A stretch of DNA of 64,000 bases from the human T2T-CHM13v2.0 reference genome, Homo sapiens. The notes beneath the pieces are model-generated. The model saw only the letters and a program-made list of their open reading frames with translations. It was not told the DNA's origin and did not search any database. Shown one piece after another: positions 13,588 through 31,824 of this stretch. Position numbers and translations under genes: made by a program. Location: the NCBI RefSeq assembly GCF_009914755.1, contig NC_060930.1; one strand, given 5' to 3'. Each line of letters begins with the position of its first letter. Positions within the stretch are counted from its first letter, which is position 1.

Positions 13588-15399
13588 ACTGTTCTTTAAG
13601 CAATTAAGGACAGATGTTTATCATGAAAGATTATAAGCCAATAATATATTTCAACTTTTTCTTTATTCCAATGAAATGATAAAAAGGATGAATTTATACC
13701 TTTAGAAAAGTATTCTGTAATAAAATAGTTTACTTTGTCCAAACTCCTTATCCTACCATGCAGTTATTATTAGTAGCTTCTGCTCCTTAACTACTTTCTC
13801 TTGTTTTCACAGCATGTTGTAGCCTTGGTCCTTAATTGCAAGAATTTGATAAATACACATAGGAAAAGAAATTTAGGAAAGCTCACTTGCTACATATAAA
13901 GTGTCAACCAAACTTCTGCACTCCTGCTTTGGTTGGCATTGCACTTTATTTCACTGATTTATTTTCCTTTGCTTTATGTATTCTTAAATGTAGTAGACAT
14001 TATTTTCTCTTTATTCTCATTGAATATAATATTTACAACTGCCATTGTTTCTCTACTCATTTTTCTTTACTCTGAACAATTAGTTTTAAAAAATATTTTC
14101 TTTGTTTTCTGAACACGTATGTTGCAATTATCTGCACATCTGTCTTTTCTTTTTCTTTCAAAGTTTTGAAATCACAGGTAAAACCGAACACTGCTTTTGG
14201 TGACATTGTAACTTCATAGATAGGAATGAGTACTCTCCATGTTAGATCAAAACTGAGGGTTCAGGTAAGCTATTCTCAGAAGCTAGACACAAACAGGATC
14301 TTTTGCTGTTTCAGGTCTGGCCCTCAGGCAGCCAGAAAGTCACTGAAGTTCATTCAACTGAAATAGAAACCTCTCTGGGAAGTCACTGCTCCTGACATTC
14401 AATTAGGTCATTCAGGGTGACCCCCAGCAAAGGGAAGCTTTGTATTGCTTCTGTGTAAAACAGAAAAAGTAAATGAAAGCGAGTCTGCTTGAGGATTCTG
14501 AGGTTTTTAATCAAAGACCAAAATTGGTCTCTAGTCTTCTGGAGAACAAGAACCAGGCAATTTTTAATCTCATATGCTACCTAGTCCATTGTACTGTGAG
14601 CATTCTGTAAGGACCAGATCAAAAAATTAACCATTGCTACTTGAATTCATATCCTTCAGGATTATTGAATGCCTCATTCACATAAATCTTGTAGAAATCT
14701 ACCATGGAGTTCTTTATTCAGGATCCTTACTAGCTTATGTATTGTTGTTTCTCTGCCAAGAAAGTGTTGATGAAGACTTCCTATAGTCATGAAGAAGAGA
14801 TAGCGTTCCTACTCTCAAGAGGATATTACTGAAGTGATCAAAAATGCATGTTGGGGTTGGTGGAACAGGTTTTCAGATCATGCTTTTGGTAACACAATGA
14901 CTTCCTGGAGATGTTTCAGGATAGTGAAACAGCAAAGTACTTTCCACCTAACAATTAAGATTTTAATTACCCAAGGACCTCATTCAGCATTTTATGATTT
15001 TATATAATGTATATTTTTATACATCACTTACCATTTTATATAATGGGATTCTGTATAATATATTATTTGAAAAAATAGCTGTTAAGATTATTTCAAACCA
15101 CTTGGGTGGTGGAAGGGCAGGATGTCAGCAGTGTTCTGGTGTCAGCCATTCCCTCACCAGCTAAATAACCTCAGATAAGTCTTTTCAGCTCTTATTACTG
15201 AAAGGTTAGGTTCAGAAATGGGTCTAAGTTACTGAGAACAGTGATTTAGAAGAAAGAAGGAAAGGTGTGGGCAATAATATAAATGTTTATATCACATATA
15301 TGCCTTAATATTTTGGTTATTACAACAAAAAGTAAGTAGAGGTGAGAAAAAAGTCTTCTAAATTTTTTTTGTAAAAGAAAGAGGTTGAACCCTGTGCCT

Positions 15400-15550
15400 T
15401 CCCAACTATATTGTGAGTTCCCTGAAGCATTTCTTTACTATTTTTATTACTTTATTTCTTTATCGTTTGCTGGTTCCCCATACGTGGCACATTGTAAGCA
15501 CTCCACAAACTCTTATTTAATAAGTAATTGAATGAATTGGTGAATGAGCC
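15400..15550 (+). mobile_element. L2 3' end
   Basis: GTGGCACATTGTAAGCACTCCACAAAC...TGAATGAATTGGTGAATGA L2 tail. Confidence 0.55.
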
Positions 15551-16370
15551 AATGAAAAGACAAGCTCACCGTCTTATCTCTAAGACCCTCCCATAGTCTG
15601 TTTTGTTTTGTCAAATTGGCCATCAACAACCTGACTTTGGACAACATGGCTAATGTGAACAATGAAAGAGCTACACTGCAGCTTAGCTAAATGCAGATTT
15701 TTTCCTTTCCTGTTAGAAAGTTGAAAGTTCTGTTCTTTCTCTGTCCTGGATTTTGAGCAGCAATGACCTACTATATACATGAAGTAGCAAGTAGGCCAGC
15801 AGACACTACCCTTTTATCATGAGTCATAAAAGTGGACAGTTTGGATTTTTGACATTTAGTTTAGGCTTTGTGACAGAACTCCATCTCCAGCTTTCTACAT
15901 GACATGTGGAAGAAAATTTAATACATCAAAGTCCCATATGTACTTGATTCCTTGCTGCATGTGATGTGCAGTAATAAAATGGATGAGGAAATTCTTTTTA
16001 CTAGACCTAGAGGCAAAATTACAAATACAGACATAGAGAATGATACAAGTATGCGACTTCCAAAATTATACATGTTATATCAAGAGCCAGGGTCAAAAAT
16101 ATAGATGGACACCTTTATATAATGTAGGTGATCACGTTTTCCATAATTTTTGGCCAGTAGCCCAAAGGCTTAGAAATACATGAGTAGCTTCTGACACTAT
16201 CATTAAAATTTAACTTTTCATTTAATGTCTCTTTAACAGAGCACTATGTACAAGATGGTTATATAAAAATGGGGCAAGATATGGGCTTTCTCCTCAAGAA
16301 GCTTATGAATCAATAGTGGGATGAAGATAAGAACACAAATAATTGTAATAAAAAAGTAAGAAAAGTACAA

Positions 16371-17734
16371 TTTTTTTTGTAATTTTAGGTTTAGGGGTAC
16401 ATGTGTAGGTTTGTTATATAGCTAAACTGCATGTTGTGGGGATTTGGTATGTAGATTATTTCCTCACCCAGATAATGAGCATGGTACTTAATAGGTATTT
16501 TTGGATCCTCTCCCTCCTCCCATCCTCCACCCTCAAGAAGGTCTTGGTGTCTGTTGTTCCCCTCTTTGTGTTCATGTGTTCTCGTTGTTTAGTTCCCACT
16601 TACAATTGAGAACATATAGCATTTGGTATTTTGTTCCTGTGTTAGTTAGCTTAGGATATTCCAGCTGCATCCATGTTGCTGCAAAGGACATGATCTCATT
16701 TTTTTATGGCTGTGTAGTATTTCATGGTGTATATGTACCACATTTTCTTCATCCAGGCTACCATTGATGGGCATTTAGGTTGATTCCATGTCTTTGCTAT
16801 TGGGAATATTCCTGCAATAAACATATGTGTGCATGTGTCTTTATGGTAGAGTGAATTATATTTCCTTAGGTATATACCCAGTAATGGGATTGCTGGGTTG
16901 AATGGTATTTCTGTTTTTATTTATTTGAGAAATTACCACACTGCTTTCCACAGAGGCTGAACTAATTTACACTTCCATCAGAAAAATTTACTTTTTGTCT
17001 GCAACCTTATCAGCATCTGTTATTTTTTGACATTTTAATAATGGCCATTCTGATGGGTGTGAGATGGCATCTCATTGTGGTTTTGATTTGCACTTCCTCT
17101 AATGATTAGTGATGTTGAGCATTTTTTCATATGCTTGTTGGCCACAAGTATGTCATCTTTTGAAAAGTGCCTGTTCCTGTCCTCTACCCACTTTTTAATG
17201 GAGTTGTTTGCTTTTTGCTTATAAATTTGTTTAAGGTCCTTATAGATTCTGGATATTAAACCTTTGTCAGGTACATGGTTTGCAGATATTTTGTTCCATT
17301 CTGTAGGTTGTCTGTTTACTCTGTTGATAGTTTCTTTTGCTGTGCAGAAGCTCTTTAGTTTAATTAGGTCCCATTTATCAATTTTTGCTTTTGTTGCAAT
17401 TGCTTTTGACATCTTCATCATAAAATCTTTGCCAGGTCCTATGTCCAGAATGGTATTTCCTAGGTTTTCTTCCAGGGTTTTTATAGCTTTAGGTTTTACA
17501 TTTAAGTCTTTATTCCATCTTGAGTTGATTAGTGTACATGATGTAAGGAAGGGGTCCAGTTCAATCTTCTGCATATGGCTAGCCAGTTATCCCAGCACCA
17601 TTTATTGAATAGGGAGTCTCTTCTCCATTGCTTTTCTTTGTCAGCTTTGTTAAAGATTAGATGATTGTAGGTGTGTGGCATTATTTCTGGGTTCTCTATT
17701 ATGTTCCAGTGGTTTATATGTCTGTTTTGCACCA
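16371..17734 (-). mobile_element. 5'-truncated older primate L1 (L1PA13-16-like), 3' UTR plus degenerate ORF2 end
   Basis: ORF 17035..17574 is L1 ORF2-like ([27 protein letters not shown]). 3' UTR text CCTCCCATCCTCCACCCTCAAG. Interrupts an L2. Confidence 0.9.
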
Positions 17735-18201
17735 AACTAGTTAAAGTAATTGAGATTTGTGAAAAGGATGGCATTAAGATGGGCATAAGGGATGGGATTT
17801 TGATTGGTGAGAAGTACAGGGGTGGAAGAATGAAGCGTGTGAGCAAAGCTAAATGGTGGGAACATGGTCCATATTTTGAAGGAATAGGGAGTAGTTGAAG
17901 GTAACTGAGATCTGAAGTACAGTTGGAGACTTGGTGGGAAATGAAATTAGAATGACACTTGAAGAAGGGTCTAAATATTAGGTGAAATATCCAGACTTAA
18001 TTTCATTGGAAGTAGAGAGCCATTGAAAGAATTTGAGGAAAAGAAGAGTAGGTTTGGTGCTATAGTTAAAGAAACATGGTCTGGCAGAAATTAGGCTAGA
18101 TTGAGATTAGAGGAGAGAAGATAAACTGTAAAGTTATTGCAATATTTTAGTACCTAGATTACTTAGAAAGGAGTGGGATTGCAGGGCAGAGATGTAAGAA
18201 T

Positions 18202-18663
18202 TGTTACACAGAGTTCAAACAGAAAACAAGTGGTATACTCAATTTGGGTAATTTGGGAAAAGTTTAATAATGGAACTGTTTTTACAGCTGTCAACAGCAT
18301 GGGAAAGTTACTGGGGATAGATGATGCAGTTCCTTGGATGAGTTAGAGCAGGTAGCATCACCACCCCTATGTCTGAAGTGGTGAGAAAGAAGCATTATCA
18401 GAACCCAGAAGGAAAGAATTGTGTGGGACAGAAAACCCTTTGCAGAGGGAGGCAGCTGGTTTATTGCAACCTCAGGGAAAATAGCCTGACTATTTTCTTC
18501 CCTCCTTTTGGTTTCTTGCTAGGACTTCCCCTTGGCCAGGCAAACTGGAAGCCAGAGGGCAAGAGGACTGTTGATGTCATCCACTTATGTCAGCCTCCCA
18601 GGGTGCAGAGTAGGGTGAAGGGTGGAGAATGATCTGGAGGGCTCATGAAAGCTATCCTGTGCA
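18202..18663 (-). mobile_element. Old ERVL-class LTR (LTR33-like)
   Basis: TGT start; GGAAGCCAGAGGGCAAG...CAGCCTCCCAGGGTGCAGAGTAGGGTGAAGGGTGGAGAATGATCTGGAGGG...GCA end, typical of LTR33-group reverse strands. Confidence 0.55.
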
Positions 18664-19299
18664 GTTATGGTTCAATGCAGGGCACTTCAGTTGAGATGCT
18701 AGGCAGAGTTGAAAATGCAGATTTAGAGCAGAGAGGAACATTGGGCTATGGGTGAGGAGGTTTAAACTGTTGAAGCTATGATAATGGATGGGATTATAGG
18801 GAAAGAGGCTATAGAGAAAGAGTAAGTTCCTAACATAGAGTTTTGAGGAAATGCTACATTTAGAAGAAAGAGAAATGAGGAGGAGACAGTAAGGAGGATA
18901 AGGAAGAATGGAAGAAAATGAAACTTGGAGCAGGCAATTTAATGGAAATCAAAGGGAGAGTTGGCATTAAGGAGGAGAAGGAGGCAGTAGACAAGATAAA
19001 GAAGCCCAAGGCAGAAAACATTTTTGAGAATAGATGGAGTAAAAATGTTGTTACTAGCTTTTTGCCAACTGAGGATAAGCAGTTGATTTTACCAGTGCTG
19101 ACTTGGACTTCTGTTAGGGCTGTGTTCTGGAGCTGGGGAGATAGGAAAGAGATAGAAAATGATGATGGTTATAGTGAAGAAAGTAAGATGAGGAACAAGT
19201 AATTATAACCTCACTATTTCATTTAGTACTATTCCCCCCCATCCTCCTGTTTTTTTCCTTTCTTTTCTTCTTACTCCTTCACATTTACTAAGCATCCAG

Positions 19300-19800
<501 letters not shown>

Positions 19801-21684
19801 TATTTTAACAGTATCAAGCACTGTATTTGACACACAGTAGTTACTTATCAGATAACTGAAGAAAAAATGAAGTGTGGCATAGAATGCTACATCAGAGACA
19901 GGCAATCTGGGTTTCAGTGCTAGCCTTGCTATCAAATACAATGTAATCTCCCTGTTAATAAAACTTGCTTTTAACTGCTGTGAGAATAATTAGGTCATTA
20001 AAACACTCTCCTTAAAGTTGTTGTATAAATATTAGATGAATCATGAATATTTTCTATAATGCAAATGTTGGGGTCAAATTAAATATCTTCTTTGTAAGTT
20101 GATTACAGTAAAATATCTTTATCATGTTAGCCATACTGATTTTGCCCCAGAAAATGGATGACATAATTCTAGATGTTTTATGATGTGCGATATTCTTTGT
20201 TCAATTTATGAAATGTAAATCAAAATATTGTCAATTACTCACAATGTGATCATAGAAAGTTGTTGTGAAATCAGTGACATCAAAGAGTTCAGGCCAGAAG
20301 AGAAAGCGGAATCTTGTGTGGTAAGGAATGATGGGAGCCCTCTGACCAATGCCCTCCCCAAAAAGGGAAAAATCACTGAATAGCATTCATTGTTCATTCT
20401 CTTTGTGGTTGAAAAATGAGAACTGAGCAATCTGGTCTGCTCTTAAAATATATGCCTTAAATAGGAAATGTCCATAGTTTTTTAAGCATCCCCGCCAACA
20501 CAAATAACACAGCCTTCCATTCATGAACTCTTGCTATGCTGTTAAGAGGGGATAATCTGTCTGCCATGTAACATTTGGTAATAATTGTATATGATTTTTA
20601 TACCAAATGCATTAGAATTACAGAAATTGTTTAATAAATATATTGGCCATTTTTAAAAAACTTGCGATTTAGCCAGTACACAGATTTTCTCATCTTTCCC
20701 CTTTAGCTCATTTTTCCTCAGATGATTCTTTCAGTTCTGTGTAGCTCTACATAGTGCTGTTCTTAGGCTACTTGGTAAATGTTGCACATAATTAACATCC
20801 ACTCACACTTATAAGGTAGAAAAGTCACACGTTTCATTATTCTCACAGTACAATCAGAAAAATGATACTGAGAAATGTTAGTTGATTTGTTTAACATTGA
20901 GTTAAATGCAAGATTACCAGAGCCACAGAGAGACCCAGTGTCCAAATAACAAATTCAGGATTCTAGCATATACCAGTTGGTCAGATTGTGTTCAGAGAAC
21001 TGAACTCTCTAGTTATAGAAATAAAATAATCTCCAAACCCACCTTTTGATATACCAATGCATGTGATAAAATTGACATGGCTATGAAGTTGAAAAGTCTG
21101 AGGTTGTCTTGGTCTCTTATCTCATTTTTGCGCTCATTTACAGACACTCTTAAAGGTAAATTTTAATTCTCTTCTGTTTCTCCTATTGCAAATCTCCTAC
21201 TATCTTCAAATAAGTTTCTTCAGGGGAAGGATGAAGTGCTTCTTACATATTGCTAAAAACAAAGAGTTCAACATTACTTTAGAACTTTTGTTATGACAGA
21301 TTTTGAGAGAAACATCAGGAGTCAAGTTTAAGTGAGTTTTTCAAGCCAGCAATGGTCATATATGATTAAAAGATGAGAATATAAAGAAAGTCTAAATGAT
21401 TATGACAAAGTTAATGCAGTATTAAAATATCAAGGAAGGGGGAAAATTCTCTTTTGAAGTAGTAGACCCTAAATTCATTTCATGACAAAGGAATGCATTG
21501 ACTTGATCAGAGATGTTAACATACACATTTAAGAATTTATTAAATGTTTGTTTTCTCCTGACTTCATAGTCTTCTAAATTCTCAACATGAATAACTTCTG
21601 TTATCAACTAACTTATTTATTCAGCAAAAATCATTTTTAAAGGGATTGTGTTAGAAGATTTTTTACTATTAAAATCCACAATTA

Positions 21685-22033
<349 letters not shown>

Positions 22034-23074
22034 TTAGCATAGTACAGCAAAAGAGGTATGGTCAATTGAGTGGTTATTTGGGATCTGGATAAAAATAAAT
22101 TCAATCCTAAAAATATAAAAATAAACTCTAAGATAAGCATAGTGATATTACTTTTATTTTTGGGTGAGTCAATATAATTGTCTTAATATATCAAGCTCAT
22201 TATATGTAAATGTAAATTGAATTAAAAAAGGAATGATTTCTCTCAGCTGTCATGCATTGTTTGAAAATAATCACAATTACCTGTTTGTTTGAAGCTGTTA
22301 TTTAATGTGTTAAAAGGCAATTAAGTGCCATGTCCAATCACTTCATTATGCATTAGGATTCAATTCATGGTACCAGCTTCTTTGAACTAACAATCTATGA
22401 AGTTTTTGTGGAAAAGATGCAGTCCTGTGTAGATCTTGGTAAAAAGGACAGTGGAAGTGTAAAAAGGAAAAAAAAAGGTCAATAAATACTGAGATATCTG
22501 TAATTTTATCTGAAAGGTTCTTAATTTGGACACATAGAAAAGACACTACCTTGGGAGGACAGAGAGTCACAGATAAATTACTAATTACTTGTGGAACCTC
22601 AGGCTAGTCTGAATTTCTTTCGGCTTCAACTTTTCAAATCTGTAAAATAAAAGAAGTTGAGTGGGATTTCTAAATTTTGATTTGACTTTAAAATATCATA
22701 TTGGGTTATATTTTCACTTGGAGTCAGTGATGTTGGACATTTTGATTATACCAGAAGCATCACTGTCTCATGCCTGATAATAAATCAGAAACACAGTCTG
22801 GGAAGCATTGATTAGATTCAGGACATACCCAGGTCTTGGGAAAGAAGAATGTCATTTAAACATATGAAGAAAGATAAACACTGGTAGCCTAGGACTTCCA
22901 GCACACAGGTATATGACCACTCTTGAGATAAATGAAATTACTCTTGCAAGTAAGATTCCTGGAACATCATGAAGTAAAGTTACTTTCTCAGAATAAAGCT
23001 TCCACAGATTAAAAAAAATTATCTATTCTTTGTAGAAACTGACATTATTATCTGTCTGAATGTTTTATCTCCTT

Positions 23075-23200
23075 TACTAGATCTGTATACTCCTGGAAAG
23101 ACAAGCCAGTATCAAACATAACTTTGCATTCTATGTAATAAATGCCTTCTTTACTGCCTTCCACATAATAGGTGCTCAATAAATGCTACTGAATGAATGA
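23075..23200 (+). mobile_element. L2 3' end
   Basis: CACATAATAGGTGCTCAATAAATGCTACTGAATGAATGA. Confidence 0.7.
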
Positions 23201-23659
23201 TGCTAATACAAGCAGTTTTAAAATTTGCATGAAGGAAAATTAGTGGGCTGGTATTATCATTAAGCTCAACCATCAACTGATATCCATTGGCTCAGTCTGT
23301 CTACTACTAATGTTAGCAGCTTAAATTAAATGTTGAAAATTTGGAAAAGGTGAAGAGAAAAAGAGGATTAATTTCAACCTTGTAGGAATAGGTCTTGGCC
23401 TTACTAACCCCAAAGAAAAAGTTATTTGAAGAAATAGGGCAAGGTTATATTCAATTATGTATGAAGGTATGCTATTATATGGACAAAGTTAAAATGTGGT
23501 TTATGTTAAATATTTTTGGAAATATTTGAGTTTCATGCAATATATTAACTACATTAAGTTGAAAATGTCTTACTAAAATCATGTGTTTTCAGCTCACAAC
23601 ATACCTTTATATATAGTATTTCATTTGTTCTCATTGAACTCTTACAAATATCCAGAGAG

Positions 23660-23790
23660 GCAGATAGATTAGATATTATCATTTTGATTTCAGGGAGAAC
23701 AAATTGCAGCTCAGACAGGTTAAGCACTCTTCCTGGGAACACATGATCATTAAGTAGAACAAAGGTTTTCTGGCTTCCACTGTGGTGTCC
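23660..23790 (-). mobile_element. MIR SINE fragment
   Basis: TATTATCATTTTG...GCTCAGACAGGTTAAGCACTCTTCCTGGGAACACATG. Confidence 0.5.
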
Positions 23791-24639
23791 TTTACAATAG
23801 GCCGAAATGAAATCACTCCCAGTCAAAAATTCTAGGTTCTCAAACAATATATAATACGTCCTTCAAACACAATTCAATATTGTAACTGAATTAGACTTTT
23901 GGATCATATGTAGTTAGTATTAACAATATTTTATATTTCTATGAACACATTAAAGGTACAAAACACATTTACAGCCATAATTATGAGGTCTCTTCATCTG
24001 AATTCATTTATCTAGAGTTCACTTGATTTGAACTTTCAAGGATAAAATTGTGACAACAGTACACATTGTTATGCTGATGGGTTAATTCCCTCCTTCTGCC
24101 TTTAAATGCTTTAAATTTGTCAAGGAAAGGCACTTTCTTTCCCTAGTATGCCTCCTAACTTTAAAAGGGGAGGCAGGAGCCCATTGAGAGAGGTGGCTTG
24201 GCTGCACAGCATGAGCTGTCCAAGCTAGCTGGAAACAGTAGCTCAGGCAAAAAGAAAAACTGAGAATTTCAATTGCCAGCATGATCCTCCAAATGGAATT
24301 AACAAGAAACAGATAAAGAACTATAGGCCATAATTATATTCTGTCAAAAGGATCTGTAGCTGCAGAATTTTCCTGAACTTCTAATCCAAAGAGAAGGAAA
24401 CAACTAATAGTATAATTTTCCCCATATCATTTTTTTTTTTTTTTTTTGCCAATTTAGTAATTAGAAGAATTTGAGTGCACAAAGAAAATTACCTGCTAGG
24501 ACAATGAAAACAAACTTCTGTCTACAAAGAGGAGGTGATGTGGATGGATTTTCCTCTTTCTAATTATACAATAATCCTTAAAGGGCATCTTACTGAAATA
24601 ATTCACATAAGTAAAAACTTCAGTGAACATTTTTACAGT

Positions 24640-25871
24640 TCTTCCAATGTACAAGGCACTGATTGGGTGATCCAGTCTTGTCTCCAAAGAGTTTGCAGTC
24701 TGGTGGAGCATGCACATAATAAGTATTTGTAGTGATAGAAAATGACAAGCTTCATTACAGAGGTATAGGAAAGAAAGGATGGGAAGTCAAAAGCAAGAGA
24801 GATATTTCTAGTTGGAAGAAATTAAAGTACTTCTTATAGGAATTAGATTTTGACTAGGTTTAAATGATCATACATTTTGAATATGTGGACATGGTGGAGG
24901 CATTATTAAAATACTTTAGATGGAGGAAACAATATGAAAACAGGATCCAGTGTGTGGCACAAAAATGATAAAAGTATCATGGAATGTACATAGTTTAGTT
25001 TGACCAGAGCATAGTGCATGTGAAGATTAGTGGGAAAGTAAGAATGGAAAGATGGAAAGGTCAGCTACAGGCCAAAAGGAATTTGGATTTTATTATGTGG
25101 ACAATGGAAAATTACTTGAGTTTCTCGAGCTGGGAATGAAATGATCGGAGCTGTGCTCCGGAAGATTAATCTGGTAGTGAATTGTAAAGTGTGCCAAAGG
25201 GAGAAGAGACTGGGAGGGGGAAATTCTAGTTAGGAGGTTATTGCAGAGCCTAGAAAAATGATAATGCATGCCTGATTTAGGAGAGGTAGTAGGAATGGAA
25301 ATAAGTGGATGAGTAAAATGTGCTGTTCATCTGTCCAGCTACTATGTATTGGATACCCTGTGCTCTGCTAGGTTTTGAAATAATATTGGTGAGCACAGTA
25401 GAAATGGGCTTTGCTTTCAGAACGTTTATAATATAGTAGTGGGGAAAGAGATTATTTAAATAATCTCATAATTGCATCACTGTAAACACAGAATGGGCTA
25501 TGGAGGGAAGACATTTGGCGCTGGAAGAATATGTAGTGGAAGATCTGATGCAGGCCTGTGGAGATATAGGGAAGGCTTCCCTGAAAAATAACATTTGCTA
25601 GGAAATCAGAATGGGTAAGAATCAAATATGAAAGAGGGAGAGGGAGTTGTGGAACAGCAGTCTAGGCAGAAGAATAAGCACATCAAAAGCCTCAAGGTGA
25701 ACAAGAATCTGGTATTAAGTTCAAGGAACTTGGAGGAGATCAGTAAGGTTGAGTCAAAGAAAACAGGAGGGAGAGCAATGTGATATGAGAGTGAAGCTAT
25801 AAATAGGGTCAAGATCATCCAAGGTCTGGTAGGTCAAATTAAGCCTACATTAGTCTTAGAGCACTGGACTT
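24640..25871 (-). mobile_element. L2 fragments (two adjacent pieces)
   Basis: GGAAGATTAATCTGG...TAGGAGGTTATTGCAG; GGGAAGGCTTCCCTGA; CTAGGCAGAAGAATAAGCACATCAAAAGCC. The second piece resumes after 32490. Confidence 0.7.
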
Positions 25872-26217
25872 AAAACATGGGAGAGATATTTTTACTGTTG
25901 AGTTGTTTGATGAATGGATAAAGAAAATGTGGTATATATACACAATGGAATAGAATTTGGTCATGAAAAAGAATGAAATCATGTTATTTTCCTTTTTTTA
26001 AAATTTATTATTATTATACTTTAAGTTTTAGGGTACATGTGCACAATGTGCAGGTTAGTTACATATGTATACATGTGCCGTGCTGGCGTGCTGCACCCAC
26101 TAACTCGTCATCTAGCATTAGGTATATCTCCCAGTGCTATCGCTCCCCCCTCCCCCCACCCCACAACAGTCCCCAGAGTGTGATGTTCCCCTTCCTGTGT
26201 CCATGTGTTCTCATTGT

Positions 26218-30065
<3,848 letters not shown>

Positions 30066-30104
30066 TCATTAGTTGATGCAGTTTCTTCCTAGTCTCGATG
30101 GTCT

Positions 30105-31120
30105 TTACATTTTGGCATGATTTTGCAGCGGCTGGTACCAGTTTTTCCTTTCCATGTTTAGCACTTCCTTCAGGAGCTCTTGTAGGGCAGGCCTGGTGGT
30201 GACAAAATCTCTTAGCATTTGCTTGTCTGTAAAGTATTTTATTTCTTCTTCACTTATGAAGCTTAGTTTGGATGGATATGAAATTCTGGGTTGAAAATTC
30301 TTTTCTTTAAGAATGTTGAATATTGGCCCCCACTCTCTTCTGGCTTGTAGAGTTTCTGCCGAGAGATCCACTGTTAGTCTGTTGGGCTTCCCTTTGTGGG
30401 TAACCCGATCTTTCTCTCTGGCTGCCCTTAACATTTTTTCCTTCATTTCAAGTTTGGTGAATCTGACAATTATGTGTCTTGGACTTGCTCTTCTCGAGGA
30501 GTATCTTTGTGGTGTTCTCTGTATTTCCTGAATCTGAATATTGGCCTGCCTTGCTAGATTGGGGAAGTTCTCCTGGATAATATCCTGCAGAGTGTTTTCC
30601 AACTTGGTTCCATTCTCCCCATCACTTTCAGGTACACCAATCAGACGTAGATTTGGTCTTTTCACATAGTCCCATATTTCTTGGAGGCTTTGCTCATTTC
30701 TTTTTATTCTTTTTTCTCTAAACTTCCCTTCTCGCTTCATTTCATTCACTTCATCTTCCATCACTGATACCCTGTCTTCCAGTTGATCACATCGGCTCCT
30801 GAGGCTTCTGCATTCTTCACGTAGTTCTCGAGCCTTGGTTTTCAGCTCCATCAGCTCCTTTAAGCACTTCTCTGTATTGGTTATTCTAATTATACATTCT
30901 TCTAAACTTTTTTCAAAGTTTTCAACTTCTTTGCCTTTGGTTTGAATGTCCTCCCATAGCTTGGAGTAATTTGATCGTCTGAAGCCTTCTTCTCTCAGCT
31001 CGTCAAAGTCATTCTCCATCCAGCTTTGTTCTGTGCTGGTGAGGAACTGTGATCCTTTGGAGGAGGAGAGGCGCTCTGCTTTTTAGAGTTTCCAGTTTTT
31101 CTGCTCTGTTTTTTCCCCAT
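30105..31120 (-). pseudogene. L1 ORF1, 1-bp deletion near codon 29
   Basis: ATG at 31120 (MGKKQSRK...). Span is 1016 nt versus 1017 for an intact ORF1. The downstream 304 aa are open (30105..31019). Confidence 0.93.
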
Positions 31121-31569
31121 CTTTGTGGTTTTATCTACTTTTGGTCTTTGATGATGTACAGATGGGTTTTTGGTGTGGATGTCCTTTCTGTTTGTTAGTT
31201 TTCCTTCTAACAGGCAGGACCCTCAGCTGCAGGTCTGTTGGAGTACCCGGCCATGTGAGGTGTCAGTCTGCCCATGCTGGGGGGTGCCTCCCAGTTAGGC
31301 TGCTCAGGGGTCATTGGTCAGGGACCCACTTGAGGAGGCAGTCTGCCCGTTCTCAGATCTCCAGCTTCATGCTGGGAGAACCACTGCTCTCTTCAAAGCT
31401 GTCAGACAGGGACATTTAAGTCTGCAGAGGTTACTGCTGTCTTTTTGTTTGTCTGTGCCCTGCCCCCAGAGGTGAAGCCTACAGAGGCAGGCAGGCCTCC
31501 TTGAGCTGTGGTGGGCTCCACCCAGTTCGAACTTTCCGGTTGCTTTGTTTACCTAAGCAAGCCTGGGCA

Positions 31570-31824
31570 ATGGTGGGTGCCCCTCACGCAGCCTTGCTGC
31601 CGCCTTGCAGTTTGATCTCAGACTGCCGTGCTAGCAATCAGCAAGACTCCGTGGGCGTAGGACCCTCCAAGCCTTGTGCGGGATATAATCTCCTGGTGCA
31701 CCATTTTTTAAGCCCATCAGAAAAGCGCAGTATTCTTGTGGGAGTGACTCGATTTTCCAGGTGCCGTCTGTCACCTCTTTCTTTGACTAGGAAAGGGAAC
31801 TCTCTGACCCCTTGCGCTTCCTGA
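31570..31824 (+). CDS. L1 ORF0 (antisense ORF in the 5'UTR), 84 aa, open
   Basis: GGGCAATGG start; MVGAPHAALLPPCSLISDCRASNQQDSVGVGPSKP...RFSRC matches the ORF0 pattern MAGAPPPASLPPCSLISDCCASNQRDSVGVGPSEP. Expression is not shown. Confidence 0.55.
   Translation: MVGAPHAALLPPCSLISDCRASNQQDSVGVGPSKPCAGYNLLVHHFLSPSEKRSILVGVTRFSRCRLSPLSLTRKGNSLTPCAS

Larger units (their letters stand above)
16235..19150 (-). mobile_element. Fragmented L2, interrupted by an L1 (16371-17734) and an LTR (about 18202-18663)
   Basis: Antisense L2 text on both sides of the inserts, e.g. CTCCTCAAGAAGCTTATG, GAGAGCCATTGAAAGAATTTGAG, GAGGAAATGCTACATTTAGAAG. Confidence 0.6.

Noticed and set aside
22346-22570. Minus-strand polypyrimidine tract and 74-aa ORF as a possible exon
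   Set aside because: AAG acceptor, weak donor and no recognisable protein similarity.
24150-24300. TATA-like TTTAAAAG followed by GC-richer sequence as a promoter
   Set aside because: No CpG island, downstream ORF or clear donor, and the motif is too common in AT-rich DNA.
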